Positions 27,830 through 36,404 are shown, numbered from the stretch's first letter. The stretch: 64,000 bases of DNA from Synechococcales cyanobacterium S06 (GCA_011391125.1 JAABRE010000014.1:4109-68108), one strand, 5' to 3'. Numbers and translations are program-made. The notes: generated from the letters alone by a model not told the origin.

Positions 27830-28807
27830 ATGTTAGTACAAAAGCTCGATAAATTACAACAATTCTTAAAACAATTTCAAATATATCGTCGTATTCCTGA
27901 TAGGTTTTGGTCTGAAAAAATTTTAGAAGCTGATCTGAGTTTTCATAAATTAGATTATGACAAAAATACCAAAAAAATCTTAATCAAACCGTTTAATTTT
28001 TTGCTTTCTCAAGAGCAAAAACCGTATCATTTTTTACTAAAAGAGACCAATGTTAGATTAGCCGAACTATTAAAGAGAGACTTTAATACTAATTTTGAAA
28101 CCAATGAAAACCAAGAATTAGTTATTAATTTAGATGGAATTAAAGCGATCATTAAATGTGAACAAGATTTGGAAATTATTCATGAAATATTTATCCAAGG
28201 AGTTTATAACTTTATTTACGATCAATCCTTGGTAGTTATTGATATTGGGATGAATACAGGATGGGCCAGTTTATATTTTTCCCTCAGAGATAATGTGAAA
28301 GGAGTATATTCTTTTGAACCTTTTCAAAAAACTTATGAAGAAGCGTTAAATAATTTTAGTTTAAATCCTAAACTTACCGATAAAATTCATCCTTTTAACT
28401 ATGGAATTAGTGGGAAAGAAGAGACCATAAATGTAGAATATGATTATGAGATGAAAGCCAGTATTGGTGTTAAAGGATTACCAAGTAATTTGGCTACAAA
28501 TAAAGAAAAATCCTTAGAAACTGCCCAGATTTTGCTGAAATCAGCTACCGAGGTTTTAAACCCAATTTTTAGTGAATATCCAGAGGTGGAATTCATGGGA
28601 AAAATTGATTGTGAAGGTTCTGAATATGAGATTTTGGAATCTTTGGAAAAAGCTAATCTTCTTAGTCGTTTCAAAATAATTATTATGGAATGGCACGAAA
28701 AAGGACCAGATCAATTAGTAGAATATCTAACTAAAGCTAATTTTACAATTTTTTCTCGTCGTCCTAAAAGCAAAACTATTGGCATGATTTATGCGATAAG
28801 ATGTTAG
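27830..28807 (+). CDS. FkbM-family SAM-dependent methyltransferase
   Basis: 325 aa. VIDIGMNTGWASLYF (SAM motif I variant) and KIDCEGSEYEILESL, typical of FkbM. Confidence 0.8.
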   Translation: MLVQKLDKLQQFLKQFQIYRRIPDRFWSEKILEADLSFHKLDYDKNTKKILIKPFNFLLSQEQKPYHFLLKETNVRLAELLKRDFNTNFETNENQELVINLDGIKAIIKCEQDLEIIHEIFIQGVYNFIYDQSLVVIDIGMNTGWASLYFSLRDNVKGVYSFEPFQKTYEEALNNFSLNPKLTDKIHPFNYGISGKEETINVEYDYEMKASIGVKGLPSNLATNKEKSLETAQILLKSATEVLNPIFSEYPEVEFMGKIDCEGSEYEILESLEKANLLSRFKIIIMEWHEKGPDQLVEYLTKANFTIFSRRPKSKTIGMIYAIRC

Positions 28808-29102
28808 TTTAAAACTTGTAAACCCTTTAAAAAAGAAGTGGAAAATAAGGATAGAAAATTAATTTTATCCTTACTTTAATTTACAAGATAGTCACCAATT
28901 ATTTGCTGATATCTAATATCACTTATTACCAGAAGGGAGAAACATTCGGTCTGAACAAATTGTAAAGCAACTGAAAGCTATAGTAGAAAGTAAATAAATT
29001 CTTAACTTAATTTATCGGTCAATTCTGATTTATAATAGGAATTGAATTTAATAAATTAAAATCGAAAAATTCTCAAATATAATTAATTTTACCAGAGGTC
29101 TA

Positions 29103-30932
29103 ATGTCATTACACGATCGCTATTTAAACCTAATTGATACTATCGTAAATATTTCTTTAGAAGGGAAAATTCGTTCCAAAGAACAAGTTTACCGAATGTT
29201 AACAGAAGAAGTCAGTCTTAGTACGGGAGAAATTTTTGAATTATGTTTAGATGAAAATATCAATGTAACTGAATCTCAATTAGAAACTAAACTCAAAGCA
29301 ACTCGTATTTTGAGGGCGTTACAGACAATTAAGGGAGAATGGGAACGCTATTTAAAAGACCAGCAAATTTCAGCGGTAATAACATCATCAACTCAAGAAA
29401 TTATTGATGCAGAATCTGAAGAACGTTTAATAACCTTATTGAAAATAATTGACCAGAATCAAGCTAAAATATTAACCTTAGAACAAATACAACAATTAGT
29501 TAAATCCCTTAAACAAGAATTAGAAATACAATCAAATTTGACTTTAGCCCAAGAATTACGTCAACTAACTAATGGTATTACTAGAGGTATAGAATCTTGG
29601 CAAAAAATTGAACCTTATTTAATTAGTTGGATTTATGAACAAAATAATAATCCTTTAGGATTCGGGGGAATTGCGGAATCAAAAGGACCTTGGATATTAT
29701 GGTCAAAACAGGTAGATAATCCTTTAGTTCAACAGCTTTTTAAAACCATTGCCAGTAATCAATCTTTAAGTCAATTACCATTAGAAACTTATGGTAAAGA
29801 TGTCAGTAGTTGGGTAGAATTAGCTATTATTTTTCAGTATTTACAAAGAGGATTAGTAGCCTGGTTTGATCAGCAACCTTATAATGTAAAAATAGGAAAG
29901 CAATTATCTATTTCCACCTTTCTTACCTTTGCTGGAATTTGGAGTCAGTTATCTCAATGTTTTAATCTAACTAATTATCAAATATTGGCTAATAGCTGTT
30001 TTCAAATAATGTTACAAATTTTGCGAACGTTTGCTCAACGCCCAGATTTTCCCCTTTATGGTGGTATTTTTGCCTCCTTTTCGGGAGCATATTTAAAAAA
30101 TACTTTAGCCTATTTAGATACACCTTTAAAAAAAGCAGAAAAGACCCAAGAAAAAGCGCGAATTTTAACCTTATTGGGTTATTCTGAACGCACTTTAGGA
30201 CAATATGAAAAGGCGATTTCTTTCCATGAAGATGCTTTGAAAATTGCCCGTAGTGCTGAAGATAAACTCTGTGAAATTGCTAATTTTAATCATTTATCCC
30301 GTATTTTTGTCGCTCAAAAAAATTATGCTGAAGCGATTAATTATAGTCAAAGAGCCTTAATTTTAGCTCGTCAAACTGGTGATAAATTAGGTGAGGCAAA
30401 TGCCTTAGTAAATTTAGGTTATAGTGAGGTATTTTCCGCTCGCGAAAAAGATAGTATTGAACCAGAAATTTATGAGTCAGCCATTAATTATTTAGAGCAA
30501 GGTTTAGCTTTATCAATACGTTTAGAAGATAATCAAAGTAAGGCTCTTTGTTACTCTAGTTTAGGTATTGCTTATCTTATTTTAGAACAACCTCAAACTA
30601 CGATTAAATATTTAACTGAGGGTTGGAAATCGGCCCAATTTTCCGGTGATTTATATTTGCAAGGACTTAATTTAAGCTATTTAGGTGAAGCTTATTATAG
30701 TATTTCTTTGTTACCAGAAACTGTTATTTATGCTGGTTTAGGAATGTATCTTTTAGAGCAAATTGGCGCAAATGAATGGCGACAACCTGCTGGTTTATTA
30801 ACTGTTTTAAAAGGTAAAGAAGCGGAGTTATTTGAGGTAGCTTTAAAACAAGGGCGATCGCAAATTATCGCCCTAATTGGAGTTGATGGTTATGATTATT
30901 TACCAGAATTATTGGCAAAATATCAGCAATAA
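29103..30932 (+). CDS. TPR-repeat protein with an uncharacterised ~340-aa N-terminal domain
   Basis: 609 aa. The C-terminal half has repeated A-x-x-x-Y-x-x-A-L-x-I-A/LGYS TPR-like units (e.g. AINYSQRALILARQTGDKLGEANALVNLGYS). Confidence 0.7.
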   Translation: MSLHDRYLNLIDTIVNISLEGKIRSKEQVYRMLTEEVSLSTGEIFELCLDENINVTESQLETKLKATRILRALQTIKGEWERYLKDQQISAVITSSTQEIIDAESEERLITLLKIIDQNQAKILTLEQIQQLVKSLKQELEIQSNLTLAQELRQLTNGITRGIESWQKIEPYLISWIYEQNNNPLGFGGIAESKGPWILWSKQVDNPLVQQLFKTIASNQSLSQLPLETYGKDVSSWVELAIIFQYLQRGLVAWFDQQPYNVKIGKQLSISTFLTFAGIWSQLSQCFNLTNYQILANSCFQIMLQILRTFAQRPDFPLYGGIFASFSGAYLKNTLAYLDTPLKKAEKTQEKARILTLLGYSERTLGQYEKAISFHEDALKIARSAEDKLCEIANFNHLSRIFVAQKNYAEAINYSQRALILARQTGDKLGEANALVNLGYSEVFSAREKDSIEPEIYESAINYLEQGLALSIRLEDNQSKALCYSSLGIAYLILEQPQTTIKYLTEGWKSAQFSGDLYLQGLNLSYLGEAYYSISLLPETVIYAGLGMYLLEQIGANEWRQPAGLLTVLKGKEAELFEVALKQGRSQIIALIGVDGYDYLPELLAKYQQ

Positions 30933-31061
30933 TTTTAAATAATTGCCCTTAACTAAGTAAGTAATCATCAAAGCAAGTATCATAAAAAATAGTTCGTTGT
31001 TGCGCTTTAGCGCTCTCTATCTAAATTGCGAAGTTAAATGATAATTTTTCATTTTTACTGA

Positions 31062-31287
31062 TAATTAGGGTTTACGGAAAAAAGCTGAAAGCTATGTAGA
31101 TCAAGACTTTCAATTTGGTGGGACTTGAATTAAGTGCAAGGATTGCAACAAATAATAGTAAAAAACCTTACATTTACGGGGATTAATCAAGATTTTTGCT
31201 CGTCAAAAGACCCGGTCAAACTATCAACTATCAACTATCAACTATCAACTCGCCCTCACCAGCCATTTATTCAGCAAACCCTAATTA
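31062..31287 (-). mobile_element. 226-bp MITE, copy 1 (TAATTAGGGTTT terminal inverted repeats)
   Basis: Reverse complement of 43796-44021 with a few substitutions. Termini are TAATTAGGGTTT / AAACCCTAATTA. It carries an internal CTATCAA heptamer run. Confidence 0.85.
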
Positions 31288-31429
31288 GATGTCTTGCAAA
31301 ACTGAGTTCGTAGTTGTAATTTATTGCCAAAAAAAAGTTTTTATTAACAGAATTAATCGTTTTTCAAACAAATTATTTGAGGACTAAAATCCAACTACAA
31401 AGCTAATTTAATAGTTTCGCAAGATGTCT
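31288..31429. repeat. Palindromic element of the GTTCGTAGTTG family, directly abutting the MITE
   Basis: GATGTCTTGCAAAAC (31288-) is inverted as GTTTCGCAAGATGTC (31414-31428). Inner arms are GTTCGTAGTTG (31306-) and CAACTACAAAG (31392-). Confidence 0.7.
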
Positions 31430-31464
31430 ATTTTAACCACCTACTTAGCTCCATGGAGAATTAA

Positions 31465-32994
31465 CTAACTCATCCTGTCAATGGTCCGATATTGGATTGC
31501 TTCGGCCAAGTGCTGAATTTGCAAATTATCTGACTCCGCTAAATCTGCAATGGTCCGTGCTACCTTGAGGATACGATCCATCGCCCTAGCTGAAAGACCC
31601 AATCTTTTGATCGCACTTTCCAATAAATTATTACTAGCTTGATCCAAATCGCAATGACTGCGCAAATGCCTGGTTTGCATCTGGGCATTGCAGCGAACGA
31701 TTTTTTCGCCCTGAAAACGTTGAGAAGCCTTGTCACGGGCATTTTTAACCCGTTCTCGCACGTTTTTCGAGTCCTCCCCTGTACTTTGCTTGGTCATTTC
31801 TTCTGGTTTTAAGCGGTTGACGGCGACTTGTAAGTCAATGCGATCGAGCAGGGGACCTGATAATTTAGCCCAATATTGTTCTCGTTGGCGAGGGCTACAG
31901 GTGCATTGTTGCAGGGTATCGCCATAATAACCGCAGGGACAAGGGTTGGTACTTGCCACAAGGGTAAATTGGGCCGGAAATAGTACGGATTGGCGTGTCC
32001 GAGAAATGGTGACGTAACCATCTTCGAGGGGTTGGCGCAAATATTCTAAAACGGTGCGTTTAAATTCGGTTAATTCGTCTAAAAAAAGGATACCTTGATG
32101 AGCTAGGGAAATTTCCCCCGGTCGGGGAAAACTTCCTCCTCCCACTAAGGATGGTCCACTGGCCGAATGATGAGGACTTCTAAAAGGGCGCTCGGTGATT
32201 AAATGCCCTTGGTTTTTCAATAAACCAGCGACGGAGTGAATTTGGGAAACTTCCAACGCTTCACTAAAATTCAAGGGCGGTAAAATGCTCGGTAATCGCC
32301 TTGCTAACATGGTTTTGCCGCTTCCGGGTGGTCCCACGAAAATTAAATTATGGCCCCCGGCTGCGGCAATTTCTAAGGCGCGACGTGCATGATTTTGCCC
32401 TTTTACTTCTTTTAAGTCAAGATGTGTCAGGGCAGAATGCTCCAAGTTTTCTTCTAGCTTAAATTCCGTTGCGCTATAGTTGTGGGGTTGATTCAAAAAG
32501 TCCGCAACTTCTCCGAGAGATTCAAATCCATAAACAGAGATTCCTTTGACAACTGCCGCTTCGTTGGCGTTGTCTTTGGGAACTACTAAGCTCCGAATGC
32601 CTAGTTTTTGGGCAGCGGCGGCGATCGGCAACACCCCTGAAACCGGTCTTAATGCACCGTCTAAGGAGACTTCTCCTAAAAATAGGTGGTCCCCTAAAAG
32701 GTCAGTATTCACCTGTTCAGATGCGGCTAAAATGCCGACACTAATGGGTAAATCAAAGCTTGGTCCTTCTTTGCGTAAGTCGGCTGGTGTTAAATTAATC
32801 AAAATAGTCCGCAGAGGGAAGGCAAAACCGGCATTTTTTAAGGCTGCTTTGACTCTTTCTCTCGACTCCTGTACTGCCGTATCCGGCAACCCAACAATGA
32901 TGGTTTTCGGCAAGCCCCCAGCGACATCCACTTCAATGCCGACTTTTACAGCATCGATACCTAATATTGACGCACTCCAAACTCTGGCTAACAT
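31465..32994 (-). CDS. comM: YifB/ComM-family Mg-chelatase-like AAA+ ATPase
   Basis: 509 aa. N-terminal Lon-protease-like VEVDVAGGLP, Walker A GPPGSGKTM, ILFLDELTEF. Confidence 0.95.
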   Translation of the reverse strand: MLARVWSASILGIDAVKVGIEVDVAGGLPKTIIVGLPDTAVQESRERVKAALKNAGFAFPLRTILINLTPADLRKEGPSFDLPISVGILAASEQVNTDLLGDHLFLGEVSLDGALRPVSGVLPIAAAAQKLGIRSLVVPKDNANEAAVVKGISVYGFESLGEVADFLNQPHNYSATEFKLEENLEHSALTHLDLKEVKGQNHARRALEIAAAGGHNLIFVGPPGSGKTMLARRLPSILPPLNFSEALEVSQIHSVAGLLKNQGHLITERPFRSPHHSASGPSLVGGGSFPRPGEISLAHQGILFLDELTEFKRTVLEYLRQPLEDGYVTISRTRQSVLFPAQFTLVASTNPCPCGYYGDTLQQCTCSPRQREQYWAKLSGPLLDRIDLQVAVNRLKPEEMTKQSTGEDSKNVRERVKNARDKASQRFQGEKIVRCNAQMQTRHLRSHCDLDQASNNLLESAIKRLGLSARAMDRILKVARTIADLAESDNLQIQHLAEAIQYRTIDRMS

Positions 32995-33334
32995 GATGTT
33001 TTGATAAATAATTGATTTTAATCTTATTGTGGCATAAAAAATAATTATGACAAGTTTTACTACTTTACTCGAAATTTTCCCAAGAAAATTGAGTTAAAAG
33101 CCTCCCTCTTTGATTAATAAAAATGAAAAAATTATTCCCAAGTCAATCCTCTCAATAAATTGAGAAGTTTGACTTCTCAATTCTTTTCGTGAAGAGCAGT
33201 TATTAGATTAGTTGAATTTATTGCTTTGGAAATTTCAACAATTTGTGACATTTTCTAAGTTCAAATTTTTTTCAGGAATCTTTTTTAAAGGAGGTGTAGT
33301 CACAATTATAAATATTTATTCATAAACAAAAGTT

Positions 33335-34537
33335 ATGTCTGATTTTTATATAAAACCATCGACTTCTCATCCTTTAGGCCCTTTTGACGCAGAAATTGCC
33401 CCTTTTGAAGAAACAAATGTTCCCGGAGAAATTTTTTCTCCCGACAAAGGCCGTTTAAATACGGATTTAGTTAAGGCCTATTTGCGCGAAATTGGTCGCA
33501 TTCCTTTATATACTCCCGATCAGGAAGTTTCTGAAGCTAAAAAAATCCAAGCTTATCTTAAATTGCGGACAATTTGTGAACAGGAAGCCAAAAATGGCGA
33601 TCTCATTTTGCAAAAATATCAAGAATTATTGACAATTCGTAACCAATTAACTGCGAATCTCGGTCATTGTCCCAGTTGGCAACGTTGGGCTAAAGTTCTA
33701 GGGATCGAGGTAGCTGAACTTAAAGACAGTTTGATGAAGGGAAAAATCCAATGGGCAAATTTAACTACTTTCACCGTGGAAGAACTCGAAACCATTGAAA
33801 AAAAAGGACTGCAAGCTAAACACGACATGATTAAAGCTAATCTTCGGTTGGTGGTTTCCGTCGCCAAAAAGTACCAAAATCGCGGTTTAGAATTATTAGA
33901 TTTGATTCAAGAAGGAACTCTTGGTTTAGAAAGAGCAGTGGAAAAATTCGATCCCACTAAGGGTTATCGGTTTTCTACCTACGCTTACTGGTGGATTCGT
34001 CAAGGTATGACTAGGGCGATCGCCACTTCAAGTCGCACCATTCGCCTTCCGGTTCATATCACGGAAAAACTCAATAAAATCAAAAAAGTGCAACGGGAAT
34101 TGTCGCAAACTAAAGGTCGAACTGCTAGTTTAGAGGAAATTGGCCAAGAATTAAACATGACCACTTCAGAAATCAGGGAAATGTTCCAGAAAGTACCTCT
34201 GTCTATTTCCTTGGATCTGAAAGTCGGTCATGAAAAAGATACTGAATTGATCGATTTATTAGAAACAAATTTGGAAACTCCCGAAACTCTTTTAATTCGT
34301 GAAGCTTTACAAAATGACCTGCATAAAATGTTAGCAGAACTTACTAAACGAGAACAAAGTGTTATTGGCCTACGTTTTGGTTTAACTGATGGCAAATGTC
34401 ATTCTTTAGCTAATATTGGCCGTATTTTGGATTTATCCAGAGAAAGAGTCAGACAAATTGAATCTAAAGCCATGAAAAAATTACGTCATCCTAAATATCG
34501 CACTTGTATTAAGGATTATTTGGATCTAATGGGTTAA
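33335..34537 (+). CDS. RNA polymerase sigma-70 factor (RpoD family, group 2-like)
   Basis: 400 aa. Region 2 ANLRLVVSVAKKYQNRGLELLDLIQEGTLGLERAVEKFDPTKGYRFSTYAYWWIRQ and region 4 LSRERVRQIESKAMKKLR. Confidence 0.95.
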   Translation: MSDFYIKPSTSHPLGPFDAEIAPFEETNVPGEIFSPDKGRLNTDLVKAYLREIGRIPLYTPDQEVSEAKKIQAYLKLRTICEQEAKNGDLILQKYQELLTIRNQLTANLGHCPSWQRWAKVLGIEVAELKDSLMKGKIQWANLTTFTVEELETIEKKGLQAKHDMIKANLRLVVSVAKKYQNRGLELLDLIQEGTLGLERAVEKFDPTKGYRFSTYAYWWIRQGMTRAIATSSRTIRLPVHITEKLNKIKKVQRELSQTKGRTASLEEIGQELNMTTSEIREMFQKVPLSISLDLKVGHEKDTELIDLLETNLETPETLLIREALQNDLHKMLAELTKREQSVIGLRFGLTDGKCHSLANIGRILDLSRERVRQIESKAMKKLRHPKYRTCIKDYLDLMG

Positions 34538-34568
34538 TTATCTCGATTAGCTAATCATTAATTGATAA

Positions 34569-35342
34569 TTATCTCGCAAAATAAGCTAAAGTCTGCATCC
34601 CGACTAAACCATCAGTGGCTAAATTATTCGCTCTTTGAAATGCTCTCACCGCCCTTTCCGTCGTGCTACCATAAATACCATCCACACTTCCTTGATAAAA
34701 GCCTCGTTTTTGTAACTCCTGTTGTAATAAAGCAACACCTTGATGGCGATCGCCCCGACGAAACATTTGCGAAGAATATAAATAGGATTTGCGGGTATTG
34801 CCTAAGTTAACCGTTTGATTAAGGGGACTGGTAGCATTACTCATCGCTACCAGATTCTGATTCGCCGGCTTAACCGTAGTATTATTCTTTAAAGTGGCGG
34901 CATTAGTTCCCATATTACCGGGGACATTACCTAAAGGAGGGGCAGCAGGCACTCGAATCGGTCCATTAGAAGGAGGTAATTTAGAATTAGACGCTCCCAT
35001 ATTCAGGTTTGAGCCATTAAACAAAACCGACCGAGTTTGTGCCCCGACAATACCATCAGCGGTCAATCCCTTCGCTTGTTGGAAGTTTTTAACAGCTTTT
35101 TCCGTTTCCGCACTAAAAACTCCCGTGGGATTTTCGTTTAAATAGCCTAAACTTTGTAACTTTTCTTGTAATTTTTGTACTTGTTCTCCATTTGTACCTT
35201 TTTTTAAAACTGGATTGGCTTTTGCTTCAGATACTACGCCCAAAACACCGACAGCACTGGCTAAAAATAAACAGGATAAGCGATGATTTTTAGCATTATT
35301 TAAGGTTTTTAAGCCCGGGGGACGCTTTTCTATACTAACCAT
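34569..35342 (-). CDS. Secreted protein with two peptidoglycan-binding (PG_binding_1) domains
   Basis: 257 aa with a signal peptide. Two copies of the G-x-x-V-x-x-LQ-x-x-L ... DG-x-x-G-x-x-T pattern (GEQVQKLQEKLQSLGY ... ADGIVGAQT; HQGVALLQQELQKRGF ... TDGLVGMQT). Confidence 0.85.
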   Translation of the reverse strand: MVSIEKRPPGLKTLNNAKNHRLSCLFLASAVGVLGVVSEAKANPVLKKGTNGEQVQKLQEKLQSLGYLNENPTGVFSAETEKAVKNFQQAKGLTADGIVGAQTRSVLFNGSNLNMGASNSKLPPSNGPIRVPAAPPLGNVPGNMGTNAATLKNNTTVKPANQNLVAMSNATSPLNQTVNLGNTRKSYLYSSQMFRRGDRHQGVALLQQELQKRGFYQGSVDGIYGSTTERAVRAFQRANNLATDGLVGMQTLAYFAR

Positions 35343-35491
35343 AATCTTTAAATCTTTTTTACTCTAGTTTTTTGAACGTCATTTATAATTAACGATCATT
35401 TTCCTTAGTTGTATAACAAAAAGCAAGGAAAAAAAAGTAACTAGATCACAATCCTTAACAAAAAAAATCTTTACCAAGCCTGCTGAGAATA

Positions 35492-35529
35492 CCCCTTCTT
35501 CGGACAAGTTAACCTGCGACAAGAAGGGG
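35492..35529. promoter_or_regulatory. Perfect 9-bp stem-loop in a divergent intergenic region
   Basis: CCCCTTCTT (35492-35500) pairs with AAGAAGGGG (35521-35529), with a 20-nt loop. Confidence 0.5.
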
Positions 35530-35679
35530 GATGAAAAGCAGACGATATATACAAACAATTCATAGCTACAAACTACTTGACATTTAGGCAAAGAACAATT
35601 AACATGACCTCTAACCTAGGTTTTTGCGTAAAACTCTAGCTGAAATTGCTGTACTCAAACAAAAACTTAAGGTTAAATG

Positions 35680-35845
35680 CGGTGGGACACCCCGTATCTA
35701 AAAATGCTTGTGGAGACGGTCTGACGGGGGGCCAGGGAACTTCTGTTTCCTAGTCTAGTTAAGAGTCGATGAGGCAAGAATCTCCTCCCTCGGACTGCTA
35801 AACTCGCGCTTAGTTTAGCGCTTGACAGGGAGGAGAGTGTCAAAT
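35680..35845 (+). ncRNA. Candidate structured RNA or 5' leader upstream of the ferredoxin gene (family not recognised)
   Basis: GC-rich island in AT-rich spacer with several nested helices: CCCCGT/ACGGGG, GGGAAC/GTTTCC, and CTCCTCCCT ... AGGGAGGAG enclosing GCTAAACT/AGTTTAGC. Confidence 0.25.
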
Positions 35846-35908
35846 AACTAAGTTACCAATAACCGTTACAGTAGATCAGGATTAAACTAAAAATATATTT
35901 ACGGATCA

Positions 35909-36232
35909 ATGACTAATACCTACACTGTTGAGATTATTCACCAAGGAACAACTCATACTATACAAGTACCAGAAGACCAAACCATTCTGCACGCAGCTGA
36001 TTTAGCCGGCTTAAGTTTACCTACTTCCTGTGGAGCAGGAGTTTGTACCACTTGCGCTGCTAAAATTACCAATGGTGGGCAAGTAGATCAATCTGAAGGG
36101 ATGGGGGTTTCTCCTGATTTACAAGCACAAGGTTATGTGCTTTTATGTATCGCTTATCCTCGTTCTGATCTTAAAATTATCACCGAACAAGAAGACATCG
36201 TTTATCAACATCAATTTGGACTAAACAAATAA
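35909..36232 (+). CDS. Plant-type [2Fe-2S] ferredoxin (PetF paralogue)
   Basis: 107 aa. Cys pattern SCGAGVCTTCAAKI ... LLCIAYP matches C-x4-C-x2-C ... C. Confidence 0.93.
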   Translation: MTNTYTVEIIHQGTTHTIQVPEDQTILHAADLAGLSLPTSCGAGVCTTCAAKITNGGQVDQSEGMGVSPDLQAQGYVLLCIAYPRSDLKIITEQEDIVYQHQFGLNK

Positions 36233-36288
36233 TAATTGACAATTGATCCAGAACAATTAACAATTAAATTGATTCTTAGTTATGGGTG

Positions 36289-36321
36289 AAAAATCCGATT
36301 TCTTCAATAAATCGGATTTTT
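36289..36321 (+). terminator. Terminator-like hairpin after the ferredoxin gene (AAATCCGATTT family)
   Basis: AAAATCCGATTT ... AAATCGGATTTT stem followed by T residues. Confidence 0.6.
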
Positions 36322-36322
36322 G

Positions 36323-36399
36323 CAACTGTCAACTGTCAACTGTCAACTGTCAACTGTCAACTATTAACTATCAACTGTCCACTATCAACTGTCAACTAT
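36323..36399. repeat. Heptamer tandem array, 11 units (CAACTGT/CAACTAT/TAACTAT)
   Basis: Read directly. It ends 5 nt before the ATG at 36405. Confidence 0.95.
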
Positions 36400-36404
36400 T
36401 AATT

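Noticed and set aside
32546-33004. 152-aa plus-strand ORF overlapping the 5' part of comM
   Set aside because: It is antisense to a well-supported AAA+ gene. The Ala/Ser/Pro-rich product is typical of the reverse frame of a GC-richer gene.
33296-33309. GTA-N8-TAT resembling an NtcA site upstream of the sigma factor gene
   Set aside because: The last half-site is TAT, not TAC, and it lies only about 25-38 nt from the ATG. In AT-rich DNA such a match is expected by chance.
34562-35145. Plus-strand ORFs 34562-34810 and 34894-35145 overlapping the PG-binding gene
   Set aside because: The minus-strand gene shows two clear PG_binding_1 repeats and a signal peptide. The plus-strand ORFs have no features.
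35379-35591. 70-aa minus-strand ORF in the PG-binding/ferredoxin spacer
   Set aside because: The sequence is hydrophobic and low-complexity in AT-rich spacer. It overlaps the 35492-35529 hairpin and has no start context or motif.
36282-36404. N-terminal 41 codons of the ORF-track protein 36282-36578 (CQLSTVNCQLSTINYQLSTINCQL)
   Set aside because: This part is merely the translation of the heptamer array and the preceding terminator hairpin. The in-frame ATG at 36405 is the plausible start.
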